Counted from the first letter of the stretch, positions 26,847-38,428 are shown. The stretch is 64,000 nt of DNA from a bacterium (GCA_963662285.2 CAXXMV010000006.1:160001-224000), one strand, 5' to 3'. The notes: generated by a model not told the origin, from the letters alone. Translations and numbers: made by a program.

Positions 26847-28982
26847 TTATTTTCTGGAGGATATGATTATTTTGCCAGTATCGGGATCCAGCCCGACGGT
26901 AGCCTGTCTAGTGGGATTACGGAATTTATAGCGCTCTTCATGAATACGAACCAGGACGTCCGGCATAATCATTTCTGTAGTAATTATCTGAGGATTCTTG
27001 GCGGTATGCAGTTGAGAGGCCAAGGCCTGATATTCGGATTTAAGATTTTGACACGCTTTATCAAGCGCCCTTTGACGATTCCGGGCGTTTTCCAATAACT
27101 GGATTTTATCATCATCCAGTAATCGGGGATCAACGTCACTGGTCTCCTGGATAATGATGTTGCTCAATAATTCCGCTTTGGTTTTCAGCGACTTCTCTTT
27201 TTGGTTGATATAAATCATTCGCTCCAGCGTCATAAAATCTGAACCGACTTCGATAACAGTTTTAGAGCCGTAATCCGAACCGATGGTACGGGCGAAGATG
27301 TTGCTGCCCGCCACTGTTATTCCACCCAGCAAACAGCCTTTACCTTTGCGAACCTCCACATTACGCCGGGCGTAAACCTGACTGTTGAGTATCTGGTTGC
27401 CGGCTATGACGTCTTGACCAGCCCGCACATTGGCGTTTTGCAAAAAACATGAAACCACGTTTTGACCTGAGATTATCCGGCCTTTCCCTTTGCCAAAGAT
27501 GCCGTTGGTCACTTCTATGCATTTTCCTGCTTCCAGAATGGCTGCTTCAACCGTCCCTTTGACGCAGATGGCGCCTTTGGCCCGCACTTCGAAACCGTCT
27601 AGCACATTGCCCGCTATCATAACATCGCCTTCAAAATCGATGTTGCCAACCGAAAAATCAACGTCTCCATTAATATAATAGAGCGGTTGGATTTCAATAA
27701 TATTATGATGAAGGCGGTACAATCCGGTGCATGCAGCATACCAATTGGTATTGTCATCCCTTTGTTCGATATTTGGACCAGCTTGCAGCCTGATTGATGT
27801 CCCCGGCTTGCCGGGAAGCGTCTCTCCCAGAACATTTTTTCCTGTGCTTCCCTGAGTTGCGGGAAGAAGAGTCAGAAGATGGTCGCCTTCAGTTACGGTT
27901 AGAATGTTATTCTGGTTATAAAAATCAATGGAACCATCTTCATTGATGACGAAACGGTCTTTTTGATGATTGGGATGAATATACCATGTAATGGATGCAT
28001 CCCGTCCTTTTGACGGCGGCTTTCCTTTGGCGATAACCACATTCTGCACCGGTTGGCGTTTTTCATTGGCTTGCTGGAGCGCTATGTTCATGACCTCTTG
28101 TTGTATTCCCCACAAGACTTCCTTTTCACGCAATAGGGCGAGTATAAGCGCTCTGGTTACTGTTTTTCCCTTTCCTAATGGCGGCTCAAGAGAAAGGAAG
28201 ACATTCATTTTATCCTCCGCTACTACCACAGACGCGGAGGCGTCCCGGTTTAATTCAAAAACCGATAACTCTTCATCTTTCAAAACTACCGTCCCGGCGC
28301 ATTTTGAATAAAATTCGCCTTGAGGCGTTTTGAGAACATTCTGGCCCGCTTTTACATCGAATATTCGCACCGGGGGAGGGATCGATTCCTCGCCGGTAAT
28401 TCGCATACCCGGTATGCCGGATTTAGCAGGAATTATGCGCATGAGCAAATCATTGTTGCGACATTGAATAACGCCCAGTTTTTTGCAATAGTCTTCGTCT
28501 CCGATCCAGTAATTGATTTTTGATGATTGGCCTTGGATAGGATCGCGCCCCAGCGCTGCGACAACCTCAACTTCCGCTCTTGGATTTTCTTTGATTAGTT
28601 GGATCGCTTTTTGAATATTCTTTTCAATTAATCCATAAATGAATCCTTTTTTCTTGATTTCATCAACTACTTCTATGGCTTTATAAGAGATGGATTGTTC
28701 TGGAGAAGATGGCTGGATCTTCAAAACCGCTTTGGTTTCGAGTTCATTGACATATAAAATCATCCCCTTAAAAAGAGGAATAGCTTTGTTGGTTTGTGGA
28801 ATTGCTGATTTGGAATCAGTTAGTGGTTCATCATCCATTTGATATGAATCGGTAATATTTAATTCATCATCAATATTATTTAGCAAATCTTCCAAACGGT
28901 CAAAATTATCATTAGGCGATGAAGCCATTAGATTAGTATCCTTATAATTGTTTTTATCTGTAGAATCTTTTGATTTTAACAA
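26847..28982 (-). CDS. DUF342/FapA-family protein
   Basis: Two N-terminal Jag_N-like units (GFIYGLIEKNI and EVLWGIQQE..VIAKGKPP), INGDVDFSVGNIDFEGDVMIAGNV, GCLLGG and a C-terminal coiled coil. Alternative ATG at 28928. Confidence 0.88.
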   Translation of the reverse strand: MLKSKDSTDKNNYKDTNLMASSPNDNFDRLEDLLNNIDDELNITDSYQMDDEPLTDSKSAIPQTNKAIPLFKGMILYVNELETKAVLKIQPSSPEQSISYKAIEVVDEIKKKGFIYGLIEKNIQKAIQLIKENPRAEVEVVAALGRDPIQGQSSKINYWIGDEDYCKKLGVIQCRNNDLLMRIIPAKSGIPGMRITGEESIPPPVRIFDVKAGQNVLKTPQGEFYSKCAGTVVLKDEELSVFELNRDASASVVVAEDKMNVFLSLEPPLGKGKTVTRALILALLREKEVLWGIQQEVMNIALQQANEKRQPVQNVVIAKGKPPSKGRDASITWYIHPNHQKDRFVINEDGSIDFYNQNNILTVTEGDHLLTLLPATQGSTGKNVLGETLPGKPGTSIRLQAGPNIEQRDDNTNWYAACTGLYRLHHNIIEIQPLYYINGDVDFSVGNIDFEGDVMIAGNVLDGFEVRAKGAICVKGTVEAAILEAGKCIEVTNGIFGKGKGRIISGQNVVSCFLQNANVRAGQDVIAGNQILNSQVYARRNVEVRKGKGCLLGGITVAGSNIFARTIGSDYGSKTVIEVGSDFMTLERMIYINQKEKSLKTKAELLSNIIIQETSDVDPRLLDDDKIQLLENARNRQRALDKACQNLKSEYQALASQLHTAKNPQIITTEMIMPDVLVRIHEERYKFRNPTRQATVGLDPDTGKIIISSRK

Positions 28983-29259
28983 TATTTATAAGTAAAACAT
29001 AGTATTTTTTTATATTATTGCAGTCATCAAATTTTCTTCACGTAGGGCAAGTACTGGATTTTATCGCATATTTGTATTTGATATAATAAGTCTGGCGCCA
29101 TAGAAATAAAGATGATGATTTACGTCTGTTTAAGCAATGAAGGCTTGCGCCTGTTCGTTTTTCTAGCGGATTCGTTAGAATAGTGTTATTGAAAATTGGC
29201 TGCGCCTTTTACTTTGCAATGTGCACAGACAAACTTATTAATAATTGATGTGAGGTGTT

Positions 29260-30222
29260 ATGTCTTCCGATTCAGCAGAGCCACGGGCCATCGCCAAAGA
29301 GACAGGAACTCCTTCAGGAGAACCGTTAGTTGAACATATGCTCGTTATGGATGACGAGATTCGCACGCTTATCAAAAGATCATTGGAAGAAGATAAAGGC
29401 GGCGGAGATGTTACTACTATCGCTACAGTTTCTCCTAATAAAATTGGTTCCGCCAAAGTTGTTTGCAAGCAGACCGGCGTTCTTTGCGGTTCGCAAATTT
29501 TCACTGAAGTTTTCCGCCTGGTCGATCCGGATGTAAACGTAGAGTGTTGGGCTAAGGAAGGGCAAACCCTATCCGCTGGACGCACCGTTTTTACGCTTGA
29601 TGGTCTAATGGGTTCATTATTGACCGGCGAACGCGTAGCGCTCAATTTCCTGTGCTATCTTTCTGGAATATCAACTACAACATCCGAGCATGTCAAGGCG
29701 GTTCGCCATACTAAAGTTCGCATCACCGACACCAGAAAAACAACGCCTCTGCTGCGTCGTATGGAAAAATACGCCGTCCGGGTTGGAGGTGGAGTGAATC
29801 ATCGAATGGGCTTGTACGATATGATTTTGATTAAAGACAACCATATCGATAGCTGCGGCAGCATATCCAAAGCGGTTTTAGAAGCTCGTAATAGATGGGG
29901 TAATTCCTTCGCTATTGAAGTTGAAACCCGCAATATGGAAGAGGTTCAAGAAGCGATTAAAGCCAATGTTGAGCGTATTATGTTGGATAATATGGATTTG
30001 GATACCATGTCCGAAGCGGTCCATTTGATTGATGGCCGCGTGGAAACCGAAGCCTCCGGCGGTATTTCTCTCAATACAGTTTCTTTCGTCGCCGAAACAG
30101 GTATTGATTATATCTCGATGGGTGGATTGACTCACTCCACCAAATGGCTCGATTTCTCCATGATTATCGATAAAGCGCGTACCGAATCCAAAAATCTCAA
30201 CGCCAAAAAGGAACGATCCTAG
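29260..30222 (+). CDS. nadC: Nicotinate-nucleotide pyrophosphorylase (quinolinate phosphoribosyltransferase)
   Basis: ED..GDVTT, ERVALNFL, DTRKTTP, HRMGLYD.ILIKDNH, IMLDNM and EASGGI motifs. Confidence 0.97.
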   Translation: MSSDSAEPRAIAKETGTPSGEPLVEHMLVMDDEIRTLIKRSLEEDKGGGDVTTIATVSPNKIGSAKVVCKQTGVLCGSQIFTEVFRLVDPDVNVECWAKEGQTLSAGRTVFTLDGLMGSLLTGERVALNFLCYLSGISTTTSEHVKAVRHTKVRITDTRKTTPLLRRMEKYAVRVGGGVNHRMGLYDMILIKDNHIDSCGSISKAVLEARNRWGNSFAIEVETRNMEEVQEAIKANVERIMLDNMDLDTMSEAVHLIDGRVETEASGGISLNTVSFVAETGIDYISMGGLTHSTKWLDFSMIIDKARTESKNLNAKKERS

Positions 30223-30253
30223 CTCTATTATTTTTTCCAACTACCGAATACCA

Positions 30254-30279
30254 ATAGGGCGCGCCTCTCGTAGGCGCCC
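30254..30279 (+). repeat. REP palindrome, family B (ATAG variant)
   Basis: ATAGGGCGCGCCTCTCGTAGGCGCCC, similar to 26720-26745. Confidence 0.6.
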
Positions 30280-30554
30280 CAAACACCTACCTAACTCTAA
30301 TCCACCTGGCGCTCATTAAAAGATACTGCACCCTCAAATGATGCGAACGCGATAAGCGGCGGTAAATGAACCGCTAGTCGCCAATCAAAACGTTTTGTTG
30401 CCTAAATAAGCATCCATAGTCCCTGCTATGGAATGTATTAATAATTCAATCCTTTTGGAATAAATCCACGTCCATTTTCGTAATAATATATGGACGAACT
30501 TAGTCTTGATTATGGCGCAAATTAATTAATTTATGTTTTTGGGAGTGCAGTTTA

Positions 30555-30938
30555 GTGGATACGCATATTAATATAACCGCATTTTTACATATTGCCTTTG
30601 GCTTTATCGGCATGATTATCGGTGTTTTTATTGCTATTGGTACGCTGGGGATTTCTCTTATAGTTGGTTTTAACGCTGCGCCAGGTGATGCAATGATAGC
30701 CGTGCCGATAATTGGTTTTATTGGATTTATCATCAGCGGACTTTCTATGTTTGTCCCCATAATTGGTTTTTTGGCCGGATTAGGCATTTTGAAGCATGCT
30801 CAATGGGGTCGCATTTTAGGAGTGATAGCCGCTATCCTTTATCTGCCAGTTCATTTCCCCTTTGGCGCAATGCTTGGCGTCTATACTATGTGGGTGCTAT
30901 TTTCAGCGGAAACTTCATTGATTTTTATCCGAAAATAA
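30555..30938 (+). CDS. Small integral membrane protein of unknown function
   Basis: GTG start after GGGAG. Three to four hydrophobic helices with a WGRILG..FPFGAMLGVYTMWVL pattern. Confidence 0.75.
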   Translation: MDTHINITAFLHIAFGFIGMIIGVFIAIGTLGISLIVGFNAAPGDAMIAVPIIGFIGFIISGLSMFVPIIGFLAGLGILKHAQWGRILGVIAAILYLPVHFPFGAMLGVYTMWVLFSAETSLIFIRK

Positions 30939-31201
30939 TTCATTCCATCGTTTTTAATCAGGTAATTTTCTTTTATAACTCCCTTGGATTTGATAAATGT
31001 TCTAAGGTATTGGTATGGTATTTTCAACCGCTATCATGTATATTGCTATAAAAGGTTCTTATGAATTGGCCCGCAAACCAATTACATGAACCATATTCAC
31101 AAAAACTATATTTCCGCATCACATGGTTAGGTGGAGGATTTGTCATTTTTTCAGTGGATTTTTTTTATAGTGAAATCCACATTTAATTATCTGTAATGTT
31201 A

Positions 31202-31253
31202 TTGACAATAAACCGTTGTTCCTGTATATTTTACTACGTTGTGTACAGGAACA
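31202..31253 (+). promoter_or_regulatory. Sigma70 promoter of eno overlapped by a 10-bp inverted repeat
   Basis: TTGACA (31202)-17bp-TATATT (31225). TGTTCCTGTA (31217-26) pairs with TACAGGAACA (31244-53). Confidence 0.65.
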
Positions 31254-31326
31254 GAAATCGCCTCAAACATTTTAATTGTGGATTGATAGTTTTTGTGATA
31301 TGCAACTAAAAAAAACTCTGGGATAA

Positions 31327-32637
<1,311 letters not shown>

Positions 32638-32655
32638 ATATACAGTGGATAAAAG

Positions 32656-32973
32656 ATGTTTCGAGCGCTGAAAGCCTTGTTTCAGGATTCCGTATCCTGG
32701 GGACTCATGTTGATCCTGCTCGTTATTGTAGCGGCTGGATTGACTACCGTCTTTGAGCGCTACGATAAGTTCGATCTGTATAGGGATAGACTTGTACAGA
32801 TAGATTATGATATCATGCTCCTGAATCAGGAGTTAGATAATAAGGTGGAATGGGTTCGACGGCTTGAGTCGGACCCCACCGCCTGGGAACAAGTCGCACG
32901 TGAAAAAATGAATTACTTAGGACCCGATGAATTGCTTGTAACTTTTGTATCTTCTAGAGAAAAGTTACGCTGA
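32656..32973 (+). CDS. ftsB: Septum formation initiator (FtsB/DivIC family)
   Basis: TM helix, coiled coil and EQVAREKMNYLGPDE, in the conserved eno-ftsB gene order. Confidence 0.75.
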   Translation: MFRALKALFQDSVSWGLMLILLVIVAAGLTTVFERYDKFDLYRDRLVQIDYDIMLLNQELDNKVEWVRRLESDPTAWEQVAREKMNYLGPDELLVTFVSSREKLR

Positions 32974-33060
32974 AGGGGTTAGATTTACAAGGTTTTTGCG
33001 TTAACCTATTAAGAGTGAAATAAATACCTTGTTTTTTTTAACAAAAGTTGCGAAATTTCC

Positions 33061-33089
33061 TTGACAAGAAAACATGTATAGGTTAACTT
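33061..33089 (+). promoter_or_regulatory. Putative sigma70 promoter for the tRNA-HU-Asp23 unit
   Basis: TTGACA-17bp-TAACTT. Confidence 0.55.
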
Positions 33090-33162
33090 AATATCTTCTA
33101 ACTTTAGTAAATCTGTGAAACAAGGTCTTAAGTAGTTTATAAGTTAATACGATTATACTTGG

Positions 33163-33237
<75 letters not shown>

Positions 33238-33357
33238 ATTAGCCTTTTTATGCAAGCCAATAAAAATGAAGCATTAATACTTGATATGGCTTGGCTTTAG
33301 TAAGTGATCTTTTTTTAGTGTTTTTGCTTTAAATCTTTTGATTGGGAGTTAAATCGC

Positions 33358-33639
33358 ATGACGAAAAAAGAGATCATCGAGATCGTTTCTGAGCGAACCA
33401 AACTAAAGAAGAATCATACTAAAGCAATTGTTGAATGCGTCTTTGATGTCTTTATTGAAACTTTGGCTCGCGAAGGACGTATCGAGATAAGAAACTTCGG
33501 CGTCTTTAAGGTAAAGCGCACCCCGGCTAGAGTAGGACGTAATCCAGTCACTAAAGAGGCTGCGGATGTTCCCGCACGTAATATCGTTCAATTTAAAGCT
33601 GGGAAATATATGAAAGAGCACGTTTCTGCGGCGAAATAA
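33358..33639 (+). CDS. HU/IHF-family DNA-binding protein
   Basis: MTKKEII, IEIRNFGVF, GRNPVT and FKAGK. Confidence 0.95.
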   Translation: MTKKEIIEIVSERTKLKKNHTKAIVECVFDVFIETLAREGRIEIRNFGVFKVKRTPARVGRNPVTKEAADVPARNIVQFKAGKYMKEHVSAAK

Positions 33640-34049
33640 TGATTGAACAAAATGGAGCGTCTGCTCGTGAACTTGGTGAAATTGGCGTTTCTAACGAAGT
33701 GTTTGAAGCGATTTCTGTAACTTGTACCAATAAAATTGCTGGTGTTGCAGGCTTGGAAATTTCCGATGGATTGGTTGACAGTCTATCAAAAGTATGGGGT
33801 CGTAGCGATGCGCCCAAAGGCGTTAAAGTTACGACCAGCGAAAATGACGTTACTTTGGATTTGACTGTTATAATGCAAGAGGGTTACTCCATTCCTCAAG
33901 TTACTAGCGTAATTCAGCAGGAAGTGAAGAGTATAATCGAAGATATGACCGGTCACTCAGTTAAAGCAGTTAATATTCTGATTGCTGACATGCAACCGGG
34001 TGATCCGGAAGCTGGAATGTCATCCTTGCCAAGTGCGGGTGAAGAATAA
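33639..34049 (+). CDS. Asp23/Gls24 family envelope stress protein
   Basis: GEIGVSNEV, KGVKV, IPQV..IQQEVK..IEDMTG..VNI. TAATG coupling with the HU gene. Confidence 0.9.
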   Translation: MIEQNGASARELGEIGVSNEVFEAISVTCTNKIAGVAGLEISDGLVDSLSKVWGRSDAPKGVKVTTSENDVTLDLTVIMQEGYSIPQVTSVIQQEVKSIIEDMTGHSVKAVNILIADMQPGDPEAGMSSLPSAGEE

Positions 34050-34053
34050 TTCT

Positions 34054-34091
34054 AACCCCTTTCTATGTTATAGAATGGGGAGTTTTTGTTT
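34054..34091 (+). terminator. Rho-independent terminator
   Basis: CCCC-T-TTCTAT-GTT-ATAGAA-T-GGGG hairpin followed by AGTTTTTGTTT. Confidence 0.65.
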
Positions 34092-34217
34092 TAGATGTCT
34101 AATAACTAGAATTTTTGTTTTGTAAATAAAAAAAATATAAATTTTCGGAAAATATTTTAAAATCTGTGATATAGTGTCATAACGTGTATCTATTGCAATA
34201 CTTGATTATGGAATGTG

Positions 34218-34318
34218 CGGTAAGGTTAAACCTTGCCGATTTTGATAACAACAGTTTAAGGACCAACAGAGAACCCGTCTTCGGTTGGTTTTATGTAAGA
34301 CGGCATCGATAGAGGAGG
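34218..34318 (+). promoter_or_regulatory. Structured 5' leader: hairpin plus H-type pseudoknot before the Shine-Dalgarno (SD) sequence
   Basis: Hairpin CGGTAAGGT-TAA-ACCTTGCCG (34218-38). Stem 1 pairs 34259-67 with 34284-92. Stem 2 pairs CCGTCTT (34275-81) with AAGACGG (34297-303). SD GAGGAGG at 34312-18. Confidence 0.45.
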
Positions 34319-34322
34319 ATGC

Positions 34323-37300
34323 ATGATGTACCATAAAAACGGGCTGTTCTTTGCGGTTAATGTGTTAGTTGTTCTTATACTTTTTGCTGCGATTGCGCCC
34401 ACTACAGTTTCCGCTCAATCTGATTCCGCTGCACGAGTCGCCATTCAAGGGGATGCAGAGGAATTTGGTGACGTTCTGTTGGTTAAGGACGGTGATAATG
34501 TCATTATTTATGGTTTGGCCGGAGCGGTTTCCACCTCTGGTAAAGTAACCGTAACTGCTGATACTATTGAACCTATCATAGTTAATGCTTCTTTTATGGG
34601 TCATTTCCCTTCAAGAGAAAAATCACCCATAATCATCACTGACGGCGCCAATCTGGAATCGGCGCAGATTTCATTCGTGAAATCTGGTTCTCTGCAAACC
34701 GTTACGGGAACAATCCCGCTTAACATCAACAGTCCTGATGTTAAAAAGGCTCTTCAGGATTATTCCGAAGAATTAGGTAAAGTTATGCGCGGCGAAAAGG
34801 CCAGTATCGAAAAAGGTACTCCGCCCCATATTTTAGTCGACATTGTTCCTGAAACATCTGCAACGGCTTCTTCGGTCGGCAAAGTTCTGCTTACCCAGAG
34901 ATTAATTGTTCAGGGTGGCGGCGACAACGTAACCTACAATCTGGTTGATCAGATTGAAGGAATTTCCGGCGCAGGACTCGATCCGCCAATCCAAAGCTTC
35001 CCGGCATTCTCCAAAATCGGAGTCTATGGCGTTCCGGTTGATGTCGATAATCCAAACCTCCAACTGCGGGTTTATTCGATTGATACCACCGGGTTTGTAG
35101 CTGGACAATTTGCAAGCAACGGTTACTTTTACCCGTTTACTATCCAGAACGTCAATTCTTCCAATGTTGATGAAATTAAAAAAGGTAATGTGGATTCTGG
35201 AATCTCAACTCCACCTGTATCTGACATCTTCTATCTAAGAATCACAGATGGAGACAATGTATTTCTCGCTACTATTGCTAACGATATTACTGCAGCCATT
35301 GAAGGCGATGTCACTGTTGTTAACAATAATGCTGCTAATGCTGCAGGCGTGGATGCCATTGCTATTCTAAGCGGCGTAGCCGATCCTTATTCCGTCGTAA
35401 CCGCTTATGGTGGAAACGATGTTGAATCTGAATGGCTGGCGTCCGGTGAAGCAGATGGTTCCGGCGCTTTCAGTATTTCTATTCCATCAACCGCTCCTTT
35501 TAATATTGATACCAACGAATTTGGCGTATACGCTTCCCGTACTCAAGTATATTTGGGATTGTCTGATCCGTTTGGAAACGAAAGCAGCTCTCTGGTTGAA
35601 GTACTCACTGATAATGAATTAGTAGTTACCGAATCTCCCGTCGCTACTCCACAACCCGATGGAACCATGATCGTCGCTGGCAGAACTGAAGCAGGCGCTA
35701 TCATTCTGGTTGATGGACGCACTAAAGACGGTACCGAATACTACTTTTCCGGCGCCGCTAAAGCAGACGCGGATGGCGCTTATGCAATTATCAGCGCGAT
35801 TCCCTATTTTGATTATAAAGTGACTATCGTCGATCAGGCTGGAAATAGCATCACAACTTCCGCTGTCGCCGATCAGACTGCTGATGCTCCAAGCAACCTT
35901 ACAGCTACTGCTGACTTCCCTTATATCGTTGTTACAGGAACCGCTGAACCGTATTCCAGTATTATTACTTACGGTTTTGATGCTGGCGTTGTACCAGAAA
36001 ATCCTGTTGTTTCAGAAACGCTGCCTCTTGGCGCATTTTACCTGGGCGGTTCAAGCTTGGAATTTCCTGAAACAACAGCCAAGGCTGATGCCAATGGCGC
36101 TTTTTCCTTAAAAGTGCCTCATTCAGTTGGACGATACATATATCTGAAAGCATTTGATCCTGCCGGTAACGGTAGTTCATATGTTCCTCTTGAACTGAAT
36201 GATGCTGAAGGTGATCCTCTGGGCGAAGCATCTGTTGGATTTGATTCAATCGCGTTTATCAACAATATCTCAGGCGTCAAAGATATTATTACAGGCCGCA
36301 CGATCAATTTAACAAATAACCTGCCTGTATCAGGCGTCGTCGTGGGAATCTATCGAACAACCTCTCAAAACGCTGTTGGTCTGCCATTTGTTGATCAATT
36401 AGCCAAACCTGTTGCGGTTAATGCCGATGGGACGTTCTCTCTGACCATTCCTGATCGATCACTCGATACTAACGAGTTTATTGAACAATTCCTTCTAGTC
36501 GCGTTCACTAAAGCTGCTGATGGAACATTAACTGATGTTGGATACATATTAATTAATAAAAACGATGGGCTTGACCGTGTTGGTCCTTCCATTGGTTTTA
36601 CTATCCTTGCTTCCGACATCGTTCTTCGCCAAGGCGGCGCAGGCTTCCCGGATATGATGGATATAAGAGGCATACTTCCATCAGGATCAGGCAGTATGAA
36701 AGATATACCTGCTGACGCTTTAGCATATGTCTGTGTTCTGGCCGATGGCAATGCGGATGGTGACATCGACGTAAATTCCTCCAGCACTTATATTGTTGAT
36801 TTTAAGCCATTGAATGCCTCCATTCCTGGTATGGCGCTGCCAATTCCAGGCGTCAGCAATTTGAATCTTGGATATAATTACTGGAATGCAAAAACTCAAA
36901 AAGTCGTTGGTGAATCAGAAGTCTTCATCGCTTATATAGATGCGGTTGGTAATTTCAGTCCTTCCCCGGTTCGCGTAAAACTGGATGTTGAGATTGCTGA
37001 TCCTGATATCTCCAAGATCGCTGTAAACGGTTCGTCAATCTTCGCTGAAGAAGATGCTGTTGAAGAGACAAACTTAAAAATTGGAGAGACAACTGTTTCG
37101 ATCTTTGGTAGTTCAGATAAAACTTCCCTGATTGCAACAGCCAGAGCCTATATTAATGGCGGCTTTGCTGTGGTCGGTTTATCTATCGATCAGGATTATG
37201 TTTATATCGTTGCCACCGATTATGCTGGTAACCAGAGTAATGTTGTTAAAGTAAAAGTTACCGATCCTGTTAAGGACACTGATTTTATGGTTCTGGATAG

Positions 37301-38366
37301 TTTCGGTGTGATGCACACATCCTTAAATACCCTGGCATCAGCAGGTGATAATGCCCGTGCTATTTCTAAAGTAAACGAGACTGTCTACGCTCTATTGGGA
37401 GATGGTTCGATAGTTAAAGTTGCAGGTATTGGCAAATTGCCTAAAGATAGCAAAATCGTAAAAGCAAGTGCAGGCTCAGCACGGGACATTGAAGTTATTA
37501 GTGATGATCCTTTCGCAGCCTACGTCCTTTTTGGTAACGGTTTGGTAATTTCTTACGGAAATGCAACATTCTTCGGCGACATTGGAACCCCGGATGCAAG
37601 CATTCCTAGAGTTCCTATCGAAGAGGGCAGTTCCATAATGTTCCTTGACATAAACAATAACGGCGTGCGTGACACTGAAGATGCCGATGGAAATGGAATA
37701 CTTGACATCTCTGTTGGTCTTAACGGCGTTCTTGAGACTGAAGATACCGGCATCGAAGGCATTGCCGGCTCCGCAGGAAATGGCGTGCTGGATGAAGAAC
37801 AGATATTTAATATGTCGCAAACTGATCAAGGTTTCGGCTTTGATATCGCCCGCGACCTGGAACTTGTTATTGGAACAGATGGCGCTGTTACCGGCTATGT
37901 TATTATGGACGGTCTTGGCGTGATGTGGCCCTACGGTTCCGCCGTCAATAACGTAAATATCAGACCTCAGGATACTAATGGTATCGCTTTCAGTGATCAG
38001 TTCCGGTCTTTTGAATTGATCCTTGTGGATGGTCAGATTGTTGATTTCATCAGTCTAAAGGGTAATGGCGAGTTATTCGCTATGCCAAGCGATCAGGGCG
38101 GCGTCCTTGGCGCTGGTCCATCAACTGATGCAACTTCTTCAGGCTTCCTTTCATCTGATCAATATGGAATCACTACATTCGGATTCGACATTGCCCGTGA
38201 TCTGGAAATGTGTAAAACAGACAGCAATGGTGATGGCGTAATCGATTATAATGATGGATTCTATGTATTGGATGGTCTGGGCGGTATTCATGAATTAGGC
38301 GGAGCAGCTGCAATTGAAGGCGCGCCGTTCCTCGGATTGGATATTGCAGTTGACTTGGAATTCTAA
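34323..38366 (+). CDS. Large secreted surface protein (Ig-like repeats, Ca-binding DxDxDG motifs, C-terminal repeat domain); S-layer/adhesin candidate
   Basis: Signal peptide ending VSA. Repeated GxA[ED]PYS / ADADGA / D.AGN.S Ig-type motifs. DINNNG, DADGNG and DSNGDG motifs. FGFDIARDLE twice and LGLDIAVDLEF at the end. Acidic, with a strong SD and its own terminator. Confidence 0.7.
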   Translation: MMYHKNGLFFAVNVLVVLILFAAIAPTTVSAQSDSAARVAIQGDAEEFGDVLLVKDGDNVIIYGLAGAVSTSGKVTVTADTIEPIIVNASFMGHFPSREKSPIIITDGANLESAQISFVKSGSLQTVTGTIPLNINSPDVKKALQDYSEELGKVMRGEKASIEKGTPPHILVDIVPETSATASSVGKVLLTQRLIVQGGGDNVTYNLVDQIEGISGAGLDPPIQSFPAFSKIGVYGVPVDVDNPNLQLRVYSIDTTGFVAGQFASNGYFYPFTIQNVNSSNVDEIKKGNVDSGISTPPVSDIFYLRITDGDNVFLATIANDITAAIEGDVTVVNNNAANAAGVDAIAILSGVADPYSVVTAYGGNDVESEWLASGEADGSGAFSISIPSTAPFNIDTNEFGVYASRTQVYLGLSDPFGNESSSLVEVLTDNELVVTESPVATPQPDGTMIVAGRTEAGAIILVDGRTKDGTEYYFSGAAKADADGAYAIISAIPYFDYKVTIVDQAGNSITTSAVADQTADAPSNLTATADFPYIVVTGTAEPYSSIITYGFDAGVVPENPVVSETLPLGAFYLGGSSLEFPETTAKADANGAFSLKVPHSVGRYIYLKAFDPAGNGSSYVPLELNDAEGDPLGEASVGFDSIAFINNISGVKDIITGRTINLTNNLPVSGVVVGIYRTTSQNAVGLPFVDQLAKPVAVNADGTFSLTIPDRSLDTNEFIEQFLLVAFTKAADGTLTDVGYILINKNDGLDRVGPSIGFTILASDIVLRQGGAGFPDMMDIRGILPSGSGSMKDIPADALAYVCVLADGNADGDIDVNSSSTYIVDFKPLNASIPGMALPIPGVSNLNLGYNYWNAKTQKVVGESEVFIAYIDAVGNFSPSPVRVKLDVEIADPDISKIAVNGSSIFAEEDAVEETNLKIGETTVSIFGSSDKTSLIATARAYINGGFAVVGLSIDQDYVYIVATDYAGNQSNVVKVKVTDPVKDTDFMVLDSFGVMHTSLNTLASAGDNARAISKVNETVYALLGDGSIVKVAGIGKLPKDSKIVKASAGSARDIEVISDDPFAAYVLFGNGLVISYGNATFFGDIGTPDASIPRVPIEEGSSIMFLDINNNGVRDTEDADGNGILDISVGLNGVLETEDTGIEGIAGSAGNGVLDEEQIFNMSQTDQGFGFDIARDLELVIGTDGAVTGYVIMDGLGVMWPYGSAVNNVNIRPQDTNGIAFSDQFRSFELILVDGQIVDFISLKGNGELFAMPSDQGGVLGAGPSTDATSSGFLSSDQYGITTFGFDIARDLEMCKTDSNGDGVIDYNDGFYVLDGLGGIHELGGAAAIEGAPFLGLDIAVDLEF

Positions 38367-38388
38367 TCCACGCAAATAATATTATTAT

Positions 38389-38428
38389 GAGAGGCAAGGT
38401 TTAATAAACCTTGCCTCTCTTGTTTTTT
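38389..38428 (+). terminator. Strong Rho-independent terminator
   Basis: Perfect 14-bp stem GAGAGGCAAGGTTT-AAT-AAACCTTGCCTCTC followed by TTGTTTTTT. Confidence 0.9.
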
